A stretch of DNA of 64,000 bases from Massalongia carnosa. Its lineage: Eukaryota. Under the pieces are notes generated by a model that did no database searches, had not been told where the DNA came from, and saw only the letters and a list, made by a program, of their open reading frames with translations. Positions 23,811 through 36,271 of the stretch are shown here, in pieces. Numbering within the stretch: the stretch's first letter is position 1; each line of letters opens with the position of its first letter. The DNA is taken from NCBI GenBank assembly GCA_965645245.1, contig OZ287069.1:2728001-2792000 (forward strand). Direction: 5' to 3'. The position numbers and the translations under genes are program-made.

Positions 23811-25760
23811 ATGCCTCGGGCACGCCCCCAGCTATCCATTACTCTCCCACGAAACTTTACCTTCCACTATACAGAAGGTGAGGAGCCCAAGACGCCGGAG
23901 CAGGAGACGCTGGAGCAGGAAACGCCAGCGCTGGTACCGCGGTCTCCTCAAGCATATCGAATAAAGCGACGAAGTCGCCCTAGTATCTCTTCTATTACAT
24001 ACATTCGTCGCCCGGAGGATTTCGCATCCAATGATATCCCTGTTCCAACCATAGAGACGCCAGAACTGGTCGAAACATCCCGGCCGCTATTTCAGCAGCA
24101 TCACACCGAACCAGCCGAAGGCTTTCTTGCTCCGATGCCAACGCGTCGTTATATGACTGCTCCCCGGACCCCTTCAGCCCAGCGAAGCCCTTTCCTCCAT
24201 GACGCTTGGGGGCCGTCTAATACGAAAACCCCGGGAGAAAGCATCAGTCGTCCACTTTCGGCGTGCTCACTTCTTTCGGATTCATCCGATGATTCTAGCG
24301 ATAGTCTGTCATCGTATCCATCAATGGGTGGAAGTTGCACGAGTCCGGAAAGCGACGCGCCAGATCCGTTCGTTTTACCGTCAGTCCACAAAGGTCATGG
24401 AAAAGAAGAGAGAAGGCAAACGCCAAGACTGGTCATGAAAGTTCAAGTTCCGAAAATCCAAGTACGCTGGACGTCTGATATGGATCGACATCTATGGGGG
24501 GCATATCTGGTTTATCTCCAAGATCCTACCGTCACGCCATTCAAGATGCTTCCGGGGGTAGCACCACCCCTTGGGGTTTGTCATCGTGTGGCTCGCGAAG
24601 CTCGAAGAAGTTGGCGGGGGGCGAGAATAGCGCCCTGTAAGTCTTCTGGGGGGGGTTCCCCTGATACCATTAAAGCAAGCCGTAGTGGCAGCAATACCCC
24701 AACCGGTTTGATTACCGCCAAGCCATCTTCTTGGCCAAAGTCGGGAGCTGCTACTCGCCGGAGGCTACGAGAACTGTGTAAAAAGAAACCAACAATTGCG
24801 CCACATTACCAACGCCTTCTTCAAGCGCGGAGCCCATCCCCAGAATCATCAAGCTCTTGCTCGGAACCTTCTTCGCTGATCGGATCAAGTCCTTTCAGGC
24901 CTCAGGCTCATGACAGTGCCTTTAAAACTCGTGATATTCAGCTTTCATTGACCACCAGCACGGCGACTAGTATGCAGCCGGATGGACCACTTGCTCGCCT
25001 TGCTTCGCACAATGCAGCTGGCCCACCAGCTGATCGGGACTGGTTCAACGATCCAATAGTACCTTGGGCATCTCCAACTACTATTCCCTCGGATATCGGT
25101 CTTGGGGTTGGTTGTATAGACGAATCAATGGAGACTCCTCAATTGGGTTCTCCGTTCGGCTATCATACTTGGGGTCCAAGCCGTTCTCGACAACATACGC
25201 GCCCAACTACCTCAAGAGCTCAGTCGGATGCCGTGGCCGTTAATGGCCCCTCGCTTAGATCGCCAGTTCGGCTGCATGATACTTTTCCCTACCCCAGCGC
25301 CCTCAAACGTCGTGCCCAGCACCAGCTAGAAGATGAACTTAGCCCTGGGGGTTCCAACATGCGAAAGAACCCACTGGAAGATCTCTTCGGAGGTCCTGCT
25401 GAAAGTCGCCATCGCCGTGTCCGAAGCCGTGGGTTTAGCCTAGGAGATGTCAACAGCAACGGTGGCCGTTTGGAAAGCTTGTTCACTCCACCTTCCACCT
25501 ACGATGAGATGAGTAGCCCTGAATTTACCGCCGTGGCATTCAATTCGGGAACTGCCGAACCTCCCTCTATATCCAACACTGTTCGGCGCTTAGGCTCTCC
25601 ATTTGCTGGCGTAAGTTCCCGACCACCTCGTCGCTCCCCTCGGCATATGGCATCTGCTAGCCTCTCTGCGTACAATCCCAGCAATTTCTCCTCCATTGAC
25701 CAAACCCTTGGTCAAGCCAACCACAATGACGAAATGTGGAAGATCCTTCTAGGATCATAA
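23811..25760 (+). CDS. Ser/Pro-rich hypothetical protein, 649 aa, single exon
   Basis: Long ORF with an ordered-looking core WTSDMDRHLWGAYLVYLQDPTVTPFK...PPLGVCHRVAREARRSW and many SP/TP sites. Function unknown. Confidence 0.85.
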   Translation: MPRARPQLSITLPRNFTFHYTEGEEPKTPEQETLEQETPALVPRSPQAYRIKRRSRPSISSITYIRRPEDFASNDIPVPTIETPELVETSRPLFQQHHTEPAEGFLAPMPTRRYMTAPRTPSAQRSPFLHDAWGPSNTKTPGESISRPLSACSLLSDSSDDSSDSLSSYPSMGGSCTSPESDAPDPFVLPSVHKGHGKEERRQTPRLVMKVQVPKIQVRWTSDMDRHLWGAYLVYLQDPTVTPFKMLPGVAPPLGVCHRVAREARRSWRGARIAPCKSSGGGSPDTIKASRSGSNTPTGLITAKPSSWPKSGAATRRRLRELCKKKPTIAPHYQRLLQARSPSPESSSSCSEPSSLIGSSPFRPQAHDSAFKTRDIQLSLTTSTATSMQPDGPLARLASHNAAGPPADRDWFNDPIVPWASPTTIPSDIGLGVGCIDESMETPQLGSPFGYHTWGPSRSRQHTRPTTSRAQSDAVAVNGPSLRSPVRLHDTFPYPSALKRRAQHQLEDELSPGGSNMRKNPLEDLFGGPAESRHRRVRSRGFSLGDVNSNGGRLESLFTPPSTYDEMSSPEFTAVAFNSGTAEPPSISNTVRRLGSPFAGVSSRPPRRSPRHMASASLSAYNPSNFSSIDQTLGQANHNDEMWKILLGS

Positions 25761-26816
25761 ATTCTGATTACCCATGCGCCATTCTCACGCATTTACGACG
25801 GTGTAAGCAGGACTTTGCTAGGATCATTGGGGGAATACGGAGGTTGGAGCTCTTCGCATATAAAAGCCCGTTATCGATATTCATCCTGCGTCAGCTCAAA
25901 GTTTAACGGATTTTATTTCAGGCATCCTTCAGCTGGAGCCACATTTTTTTCCTTCACGGCTTTTTACGAACGATGATGCATCTTCAACTTTACTTTCTTA
26001 CACATCTTTTTCACACTAGACAGCTTTCTCTGGAATACCTTACTTCCCCACCCCACTGTATTTTCAACAAAGCCTAAAGTCAACAAGAAGATAAGAGCTA
26101 CATCCAACCTTTTACTTTCGTGACAAAATTAAGGGGTTCATTTAGCGGCGGTTGACGGACTGGTACTTCTTTTTCTTTCTTTCCACCTTTTTTCTTCTTC
26201 TCCTTCATGAAGTAGCATCACGACCGGGAAGGGTTTTACTGAAGAAATGATTGATAGATAAAAAAGACCCCACTCATGAGTACGTAGCCAACGTGTGCGT
26301 TGTTTGGCGCGTGGGGTTGGAAAGTAATTTCGATGACCAGATTCATGATTATCTTTCTATTGGATAGGGAATGGGACGGGGCTAGAGAGGGAAGCAAAGC
26401 CGGAGCTCCGGTGCTGGTTAGGTATTTACTTTAATTAGCAGAAAGGCATTCTTGCCTTGCCCTCCCACCCTCGCCATATACGGGGCTCGACCGACAATGA
26501 ACGAGTCTCGTTTTTTTCACCTGGCGGTGATTCCGAGTTCAACCTTGGCGCAATTCACGTTCGGGAAAGGAACTGGTTGGTCATACCTTATACCTACCTA
26601 TTTTGAGGACGGACGGATGAACGTGCTTGACTGACAAACCGGGTAACAATGCATTCATTCCGCTTTCCATTGGTGTATGTAGTGTAGTAACTCGTCCACC
26701 CTAAGACAACTAGCTCCTCTTTTTTCCAAATGAACCCGTCCCTATCCCCCCAAACCAAACGCCCCTGGTCCAATCACCGTCCCAGTCCCAAACCCCATCC
26801 CATAAATCCACTCATC

Positions 26817-29800
26817 TCATCTCCCCCTCCCTCCCCGAACCCTCTCCTCCAACCTCCTTAACCCAGCCTTCACCCCCTTCCTGCCCGCCTCCCTCTCCAG
26901 CCAGGCCTCCATAGCCTCCCGACACGCCCTCAACGTGCGCGAAATCGGCATGCGGCCGTGTTCCTCGCCGGACACGTGCGCGGCTGGGTTGAGCAGCGCG
27001 TCGAACAAGGGAGCCCAGAGGTCGGTTTGCCAGTAACGTTTGAGCGGCTCTTTAATCTTCCATTTCCGCGCGCGAGCGGGGAGGCTCATTTCCGGCCCGG
27101 CTCCGGCTGCCGCAGCGGCAGCTTCCGCGTTGGGATCTTGGGTGATGGTGGAGGAATTGTTGCCGCTGTTGGTAATGGGGGCGACGTCGACCGCCATGTC
27201 CTCGATGTACTTGCCAAAGAGCAGGCTGTGCGCCACGCCCGCCACGCCCCAATAATCGACCTGCCAGGTCCAGGGCCGCATCTCACGCATCTCGGCGCAG
27301 TCAGCCTTGCCTGTTTTCCAGTCGGCGATGAAGCGCACCCCGGGCTCGAAGCACCGGAGGTCGATGCCGCGGCCGAAGTCGATGAGGCAGAGCCCCTTGT
27401 GCGCCCAGCCGCCCGCGCCCGTGGCGTGATATTCGGGGTCCCAAGGGTCGGGCCCGGTCGGGCCGAGGCGCACAAGGCAGTTATCGGCTTTAAGGTCACC
27501 GTGCAGGATGCCGACCGCGTGCATGGATTCGACGGTGCGGAGGAGCTCCACGGTAAAGAACATTGCAATGGCTTCGTCAAGGACGCCAGCAGGGTCTGGC
27601 TTGGCGAGGTTGACCAGGTTGAGCAGCGTTCCTTGGTCGAGATATTGTTCAAATAGGTAACCTTCATCGGCGAAGAGGTGGAGCTCGTGCGGGACGAGGA
27701 GGGAGAGTATCGGGGATCGCTGCGAGACTGATGGAGGAAGGTTGGGGAGGCGTGAGTGCAGAGTGGACATTATATAAAACTCCCAGGCGGTCGGGGGGTG
27801 TTCGCATTTTAGGGCTAAGTGACGAGGTTGTGGTGCTTGTTCTTGTTGGATATGAGGGCGAAGGTTAGGATCAGTTTCTTGTTGGACAAGATAGACAGGG
27901 GCGAAGGCACCCTTGCCCAGCTCCCGCTTAACGGTGTAGGTACTACTAGATGAAATGGGAAATTCTAGACTCGGGGGTAGGCAAATGTTGGTGTTTGTCT
28001 TATCAGTGCCGCCTTTTGCTGCCTTGGAAAGGGCTTTGACGAACTTTCGGATCTCGGGGCCTTTGTTGAAGGTTTGAGGTCTGTGGTCGAAGAAGCTGGT
28101 ATAGGATGAAAGTGGTGGCTCTAGGTTATCTAAGATAAAGTTTCGGATCGATTCGTCAACGGGGTTGCACTGGATATCTTTGATGATTGGTTCAGCAGGT
28201 TTTTTTGGCTTGACTTTCTGGTTAACAGGGCCAGATTTGCCTGATAGACTTTTTGAGTTTGGAGATTTGGGAGCTTTGAGGCAGTTCGCATTAGCATCGT
28301 TGACGATCTCTTGAAAGGGACTGCCCAAAAGCTCATGATGAGTCTCTAGGATCCCCAATCTATCACCTCTCGAACGCGAAGGGGTTTTTGAGCTGAAGCA
28401 ATCTTTGTCCTCCTGAATGGTCATGATTCCTATCGATGATTCCGTCTTCTCTACAATAGGGGTCATAAAGGGAAGTCTATTTTGCATCGTTTGAGAGGGA
28501 TCCCAGAAGGGACCATTTGGGGCCTCGTAGTCCTTCGGAGGTAACGGGATGAACTTGTTTCGAAACGATGCATTCCCAGGGTCTGGGGACACCGGTGTTA
28601 CGACGTCTTCATCCTTTGGCCAACTTATGGTGGCGTTGTCTCGAAGGACGACGAATCCTTGCTCGATGGCTTGGACGCCGTCGTCGCGCTCTGTAGCATT
28701 GTCCAGATCAAGTTTGGGAACATGCTTGCTTGCCGTGAAGTCGGACCACGGACTCCCACTCACATTGTCCGCCTCCTCTTGAATGACCGTATTTCTCGCA
28801 TCAGGTTCTTCATCTCCAAACTCACTTGGTCCAGATATCCTTCCAGTACCAGTACTTTCCCCGGCGCTTGTGTAGTCGTCGTCATCATAGTCACTCTCTC
28901 CTGCGCTTTCGGGCTGGTTTGATTGGAGACCAATATTTCTTAAAGGCTGATTGAAGATGTCCAGGATATCGTTGGTTGCAGCTTTGGTATGCAGGGTCAT
29001 AGTCGGCTCCGCAGAATTCTTTCTCCTTAGTTTGGGGCCAGTAGGTGATTCCAAATTGGTCTTGACTATAACCTTGTAAGCACATATCTAGAAACATGAC
29101 ATGTAGAAATACTTGTTTGAGCCTCTGCCTTCACCTCTCTTATTTTCATCTTTTTAGGTCGCTCGTTCTTTTGTGACCGGGACTCTTCGTCCACAACTTC
29201 AATATGCACTCCAGATACTTTATTCAAATCAGGACTTTGTTCGCCGCCTGGTACCAGCACATATTCAGCAGACTTGCTCGATGCGATTGACACCACATTT
29301 TGGTCTTGCTTCTGGAGTTGCGGATCCTCAAAGTCGTCATGGTCTTTTTCAATCGCCCAACTCTTGTCAGCCCACCCTCGGGCCTTTGCCCTTAATTCTT
29401 CAAAGCTCATTTCTTCATTAGGGTCATCGGGATTAGGATAAACAGCTTCAAGGTTCACGAAGACGCGTTCCAATTTCCCCGTTCTTGGATTTGTGATCTG
29501 TTGCTGGTTTGCATATCTTGATTGTTCTATCTGGTTTACAGCTGGTACCTGTGCAGTTGGCTAAAAGAGAAAAAACGCCAAATGCCAGTAATTAGCCCTA
29601 TGATCGTAAATATAGAAACGACGGTGCGTGAAGTTATTTGCGTACCTCATCCTTGAAGATCTTCATCTTTGGCGGTGCAACGGATTTCTTCCCTGCTTTC
29701 AATGTCTCTCCGGCCCAAGGCCTTGCTTCCATCACATTTTCCTTCTTCCTCTCGGCGATTGAGCCAATATTCTCCCAGCCCTTCGAAGTCTCGCCATGTG

Positions 29801-30641
29801 GTGCTCGCATATCTGACGACGAAGCATCTGCATCGCTAAAGATTGCTAGTTTCTGTCGCCCTCCCCGAGAGGTCGAAGAGCTGCTGATGGCCAAGGAAGT
29901 TCTTTGCGCTTGAGGATCTGCAGGCCTGGGTGTAGACAGCGCGAAAGGATCTACTTTCGCAACCAAAGCTGGCCGCATAGCGGGCAAAGCTGGTGAAGAT
30001 GGTTCATCTCCGTTCTGGACTCGCTGCTCGAATCGATTCTGAAACTCACCGAACTTTCGCACTAGGCGTTCGGCTGGTCGAGCTTCTCGGTCTATACCAA
30101 GTTTGTATACCTCATCCGCTTGCAACCATCTCCCAGCGCCTTCAAGCCATGCGGCAAATTCTTCGTAGAACAATGCTAGACCTTCCCCGATGTTGTGTCT
30201 CGCCAAGTATGCAAAGGTCTCTCTGGGAGCATCCGAGAAGAGACGAATGTAGGTAAGCCATAGCTTGAGGTACCGAGGATCATTCTTGTAGTGTGGTGCG
30301 GATTGAAAGGCTTTTGTAGCACGCTCGAGTAATGGCCTTAGTTGTGACTCTGGAGTTGCCTGTGCCGACGGATAGGCGCTCAAAGTCCATTTGACATAGC
30401 GGTCGTAAATGTCCAGCGGGTCGTCGGAATCAGAGATAGCGATGATCTCTAACTCGTATTCCTGTCGAGTTACATCGTTGAGGTTTCGTGTATCTCCCGG
30501 AGTGGGTGTGGATGAGAGTAGTGACGGAGGCGCAAAAGTCGAGGCCAGTGCCTTTGCAGATCGTCCTCCAGGGAGCGACTGGATATTTTCTTTGTGCTCT
30601 TCGATGATGTCGAAGTTGATTAGGTCCTCCATCGCCGACAT
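26817..30641 (-). CDS. BUB1: Spindle checkpoint kinase Bub1/BubR1 (SldA), 3 exons: 30641-29646, 29560-29113, 29065-26817
   Basis: N-terminal KEN box (KENIQSLPGGRS), Mad3/Bub1 TPR domain (DDPLDIYDRY, YKNDPRYLKLW), GLEBS motif (EEMSFEELRA) and kinase (ELGKGAFAPVY, HGDLKADN, IDFGRGID). Confidence 0.96.
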
Positions 30642-30813
30642 GTGGAATCACGAATCGATCAAAAAGACAGGCACAGCAAGCATCTCGGATTATAATTCCG
30701 CTGTTGGATGCCCTCAAAACAAATATGGTTTGTTGTTGCTCTCGTTGACTGGGCAATCATAACCTATTTTTAGAGTTTTGTTTTGGCAAATATCATAAGG
30801 ATATTTAGGTATG

Positions 30814-32139
30814 CACGCGGGTGACAAAATAAATTGCAACGTGTAAGCGAATTTACCCCCCTTTTTTATTCAAATTTTCATCTCATCATCAACCATCATC
30901 TGCATAGCTGATAAAATTCATCTAAATTACATGAGATCAATAACCAGTCATCGCCCCCTTTGCATCTTTCACCTCTTTCAATCTTTTGGGCATGGATAAC
31001 ACCCTTTCATTGATAAATTCCTGACTGACTCGAGCCCATCCCTCCCTAACCAGCTGCTCCAAACTTGCATCGTCCCAATGAGGAAATTTACGAACATGCT
31101 GCTTTGCGGGCTGCCAGCAATTTTCAATGGGAGCTAGATCAGGAGATGAAGAACAATTGAAATAGTGCTCTAAATCGTGATCTAACTTCCACTTTTTGAC
31201 CGCGTTTCGTCTCTTGCCCGTGCCATGACCAGAGTCTCCATCTTCTTCAAGTACGAAGTCATCTCCATGCTCCAACCAGGGCTTGACGACGGGATCAAGA
31301 ATAGCGTCAATATACACCTGATGAGTCATTTTTCCATTGCTATTGCTGGGCACATCGTAGAAGTAGATATCCGACTTGAAATTGTAACCAACTGCTGCCC
31401 AGCAGTGCTTTCTTTTACGATCTTTCTCAGGTGGTGCATCACGATGCTGAATACAATCCCAACGATATCTTGTTCCGGGCTTACGAATGATTCGTAACTG
31501 TCCTTCAGGCCCGTAGCCAAAATGAATCTCATCGCTGAATCGTACGCGATGCCAGTCTTCGGACCGAGGATATTTATTTAACATAACTGTAGCAAATTCT
31601 TCTCTTCTTTCTTCTGATGCCATTGCCAGCCACCCTTTGACACAGGCTAGACATTTGTGATAATTCAAGGCAGCTGTAAGAGTTCTCTTCATTGTACGTC
31701 CCATCACGTCGGCCCCAATCTCCAGTGCTAAAGCATCCCATGTGTAGCGTTTCCTTCCAATTGTAGATCTTGATCCTGCAGAATGTGATCTGCCTCCTTC
31801 AGCTGATCATCACTAATCTTTCGCTTTCGACCCCGAGTCTCAACGAGAGAAGAATTGTGACGTGTGCGAGAAGAAGCTCCGCTTTTGATGATGTTATAGC
31901 CCGCGCGCTCGGCCACGCCAAATTCCTGAAAAATGGCCCGTGGATCGAATGGAATTGCATGTGAGATGAGAAATTTGATAAGCTCCTTGAACTTTGGCCT
32001 TTGTGGGAGTATCATAATGAGGCTTTTTGGGTCGAGACATTGATGATGAGATAAAAAGTTGAAAAAAAGGAGGGTGTTTTGATGGGGCATTCAGGGGTAA
32101 ATTCGCTTACACGTTGCAATTTATTTTGTCACCCGCGTG
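30814..32139 (-). mobile_element. Tc1/IS630-type DNA transposon, 1326 bp, with 46-bp TIRs and a 5-bp flanking direct repeat GTATG
   Basis: Perfect TIRs at 30814-30859 and 32094-32139; GTATG at 30809-30813 and 32140-32144. Confidence 0.95.
30937..32040 (-). pseudogene. DDE (Tc1-like, DD38E spacing) transposase with two frameshifts
   Basis: ATG at 32040 (MSRPKKPHYDTPTKAKVQGA), +1 frameshift near 31974, GRKRKIS, -1 frameshift near 31750, then WHRVRFSDE, HCWAAVG, LEEDGDSGH and SPDLAPIENCW. Confidence 0.9.
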
Positions 32140-32362
32140 GTATGAACAACGATCTATGTCTAGCAAACAGAATTTCGTCCCAAGAGCAAGATTGAAATTT
32201 ATTGAAGAAGCACAATTCCGCAAGTCCTAACAAAATCCCTAAACGAACATCTCGAACTAGAGCTAGTGTTCTCGTAATTGGGAAGTCCAATTTAGCAATA
32301 GAAGCTACAGCTGCCGAACAGTACCGAGCTCTGAAGAATTAATATCAATTGACCAATGCCAA

Positions 32363-34244
32363 ATGCAATCCAGAAAACGGACGAGGGCCGCTACCAAAAT
32401 TGCTTTGGACTCCCTGATATCAGAGACGAGGAAAAATCATCTCAAGGTTAAAGCCGAGGTGGAAGATCTAGCAGAAAAAAATACGGTGGAACTCATTGCC
32501 AATGGCACTTCACCAGACCTAATAAGGGATATAGTTGCTACAAGCGAGAATAATCTCGAGTTAGGTCCTGAGTCCAAGAAACGTCGAAGGACGAGGGTTG
32601 AGCTTTCAAAAGAGAGCGATCTAAACGAGCAGCCCTCATATCTGATTGACTCGAAGCAAACACAAAAGGATATTAAGGTCAGTGCAGAGGACCATAAACC
32701 TAAACCTAGCCCGCGAAAAAGGAGGCTTGTGGAAAGCACGTTCAATGAGGGAGAAGACACCAAAGAAGGCGAAGACTGTTCAGAAAAGCCCAAACGCAAA
32801 AGAAAAACCAAAGAGGAGAAAGAAGCCGAAGCGATGCCATTGGCAGCCCGCTCAGTTGGATTGCGCATGTTCGTTGGAGCCCATGTCAGCGCGGCCAAAG
32901 GTCTGTCTTCTGGTTGTTAAGATGGTTGAAATGAGTGTATACAAGCCATATAAGAGAAACTAAAGAAACGATCACGATCTAGGAGTGCATAATGCTGTCA
33001 CTAACTGCGTGCATATTGGGTAATCATACAATTTTCTGCCCTTTCTCCACGCCCTCCTTATCCACTTTCTCTTGTTTGGCGCTAATTCGTTCATCCAGCG
33101 GAAACGCGTTCGCCCTTTTTACCAAATCGCAGCGCAAATGGGAGAGCCCGCCTTTACAAGAGGATCATAAGGCCCAGTTTAGGGCACTGGCTGCGGAGCA
33201 TAAGTACGACGCTACAAGGTATGTCATTAGTTAATCATGGATGCCGTATCGAAGAAGCTGACAATCCCCCTAAAGTCACATCCTGCCTCACGGCTCCTAC
33301 CTTGTGAATCTTGCCCAGGAAGACCCCACCAGAGCTGCACAAGCCTATACCGCTTTCCTCGAGGACCTCCACCGATGCGAAGCGCTCGGCATTAAACTCT
33401 ACAACTTCCAGTCAGCCCCCAACCCCTTTTTCTGCCTCCCGTACATTTTCCAGCTTCTCATTCTCCAACACTAACCCTCTCATTTACCTGCAGCCCTGGT
33501 GCCACCGGCGGCTTCCCCCGCTCCGACGCCATTGCTCGGATAGCGACCCACCTAAACGCCGCCCACGCCGCCACTAAAACCATCATCCCCCTCCTCGAAA
33601 CCATGGCCGGTGGCGGCACCGTCGTGGGCGCAACCTTCGCCGACCTGCGTGATATCATTAACCTCGTGCGCGACAAGGCCCGCGTGGGCGTCTGCCTCGA
33701 CACTTGCCACGTCTTCGCTGCCGGCTACGACTTGCGTTCCTCCGCTGCATTTCGCGTCGTGCTTCACGCCTTCGACGACACGGTTGGGCTGCGCTACTTG
33801 AAAGCGCTGCATCTGAATGACTCCAAGACGCCCCTTGGAAGCCGGCGAGACCTGCATGCTAACATCGGCACGGGCTTCTTGGGCCTGCGCGCGTTCTGGA
33901 ACGTGATGAATGAGAGTTGCTTTGAGGGTTTGCCGATGGTCCTAGAGACGCCGATTGAGCGACCTACTGGCGGGCCGGGAGGGAAGATTGAGGAGGACAA
34001 AGGCGTTTGGGCTCGCGAGATTAAGTTGCTTGAGGGGTTGGTGGGGATGGATATCCAGGGGGAGGAGTTTCGTGAGCTGGAGATGAAGTTGGCGGATGAA
34101 GGGGCGGCAGAGAGGGCGAAGCATTTAGAGCAATTTGAGCGGAAGACGGAGAAGGAGAGGAGGGCTGGGGAGAAGGGGAAACGGACGAAGAAGAGGAAGA
34201 AGAGGGAAGGGAAGGAGAAGAGTGAGAGTGAGGGCAGTTGCTAA
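32363..34244 (+). CDS. APN1: AP endonuclease 1 (endonuclease IV family), 5 exons: 32363-32900, 32983-33019, 33099-33218, 33276-33410, 33494-34244
   Basis: GAHVSAAKGV, GNAFALF.KSQRKW, LPHGSYLVNLA, YNFHPG, LETMAG, CLDTCH.FAAGYD, HLNDSK, DLHANIG and LETP. Confidence 0.96.
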
Positions 34245-34583
34245 GTCTGTTTATAGTTGTTACATGATACCCGCAATTTTCAGGGATCATTCCGTCTATC
34301 AGGAACTCGGGCGAGGGAAAATGAACCCCCTCTCAAAGTCTTTCACATTCCTCTCACAATCCCCCACAGTTCTCAGACCTACATACACACCCTGAGAAAA
34401 ATTGCATCATATAAAATCAATCTGAAGCCCACCCAGATTGATGGTATCACATGATGATTCTCGAAACTGCCGCAAATCCACCTTTCGCTATTCACAAGGA
34501 CAGGAGATCCAACTCCCGAGAACCCCTTCCGCCTCCACCAACCATGCTTTTCCCATCCCAGGCCCATTGCCGAGACATAAGTT

Positions 34584-35554
34584 TCAGCCTCCCTTCCTTG
34601 GCCCACCTGCGGGTACTGCGGGCATGGCAGGAACGGCGGGAACGACCTTGTTTGACCGCTCGGCCAGTCGCTTGCGCTCGTTTTCCAACTAATGTTGATG
34701 ATGCAGATATGTCAGTGTTTCTGATGCACTGCTACCGCTCCTAGTCAAGGAGAACAAAATAGAGAGGGAAACGAGTAGAGCTGTGGTAAAGGGAATAGAA
34801 CGGTTCGAAGCTTCCTCCAATGACTCACCACTTTCTTTACCCGCGTCAATACGCCCGCTTGCTGCCCAGCCCCATCCCTGCAGTCTTCGCTCCTGTACGG
34901 ACTTGAAATAACCACGGCATCTAAAACTACAATGCTCGTTCCATCCCAGCGCGTTGGCAACGTCCGGCTCAATGCGTTGAAGATCTCTTGGTCATCCTTG
35001 CTAACAGATTTATTCTTGCGGGCAGCAGCTTCCTGAAGACGAGTCACTGCGGCAGCGGCACGGGATTGATAGTAGGCTGTAGGGAGAGGGGAGAGGGGTG
35101 GGTTCGCAGTGGTGAAGGGTGCGGGGGCGGAGACGCCTGGGGCAGAGAGGATGGCAAAGGATTGGATGGTTGAGATGGGGATAATATGATGTGTTGGGTT
35201 TGGGGTAGCGATGGCAATAGCGACGAGGTTGGTGAAGGGGCAAGCGGTGAAGACAGTGCCTTCAAGGATAGGGTGCGCCGGGATATTAGTCGTTAGACGA
35301 ATGCTAAGGAGGAGGTTAGTCAAGCTACAAGTCCGAGTGATTTAATGGTAAGATTCTTCGGCGCCAATCAACATATGTTTTCATGCTCATGAAAAGATGC
35401 AGAAAGTGTTTGGACGAAAAATGAATTGAAAAACGTACCGCGCGCCGATGACTCCAGCCAGCGCAGTCTCCAATGAGACCATTCCCGCAGGACCACTGCT
35501 CGGCATTGCAATGGGGGCCTTCCCCCCTGCGTTTTGACGTTTCGCGTCCGCCAT
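34584..35554 (-). CDS. LSM12: Lsm12-like protein (Lsm domain + anticodon-binding AD domain), 3 exons: 35554-35439, 35303-34829, 34688-34584
   Basis: IGARIRLTT..LEGTVFTACP, then VSKDDQEIFNALSRTLPTRW..IVVLDAVVISSPY..LTRVKKV|LENER. Confidence 0.85.
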
Positions 35555-36271
35555 CCTCGCACTTGGATGCTCTGGCCAAACACTCGTTTCCTTCACAATC
35601 AAGAACTCATCTAAGATTAGGTGTCGCGATCCGTATAGAGGCAGATACCCACCATAAAAGTCGATGATCAAAAGGAGTGACAAGAATTAAAAGGACGAAG
35701 AGATTTGTGAACAAGGAGCGTCAACTAGGCTCCTCTCTCCTCTCTCTCGCCTCTCCTTAAGAACTATGTCTATCGAAGTTGAAAGAGGCGTCAATAAGAA
35801 GAATGAAAAATGCCGTATGATGGATATATTGATTTATCGTAATACCGTATGATAATACCGTAACAGCCCCTACGGTGTTTTCTAGTTAATGAACCACGCA
35901 CGTTAGAATACGAGCCTTAACCAGCTGCCGCGGGCCGAACCTTAATATAGACATCTTTAATGCAGCAGATTGAACTGATCAATATCTATCTATCTATCCT
36001 ATGTTTTCTCACCCTAGATTGGGGTGCTATTTCATTGTTTTTTTGCCACATCCAACATATTATATATTCTTTCTTCTAGCTACCATAGTGTACAGAACAG
36101 TGCCAACTTACAATACTTCATAAACTTTGATGTCTGCGTGAGTGACCTTAGTCTTGAGAACGCCAACGAGGATTGTCCTGCCAACCCTCTTCTAATACAA
36201 GTTATCCTAAAAGTTGAAGCCCTGCAAGCCTCAAAATCATATATGCAGTCGTCTATCCCTTTTTACCCTCT

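Noticed and set aside
26958..27667. Long antisense/alternate-frame ORFs over the BUB1 kinase region (similarly over GND1, the transporter and UTP20)
   Set aside because: Explained by high GC and codon bias of the real gene.
31740..31760. Programmed -1 frameshift at A GGA AAC in the transposase (IS630-style)
   Set aside because: A second, independent frameshift near 31974 already breaks the gene, so simple decay or sequencing error is more parsimonious.
31728..32090. ORF-track start MPHQNTLL for the transposase
   Set aside because: The more plausible start is ATG 32040 in another frame; the upstream part is inner TIR sequence.
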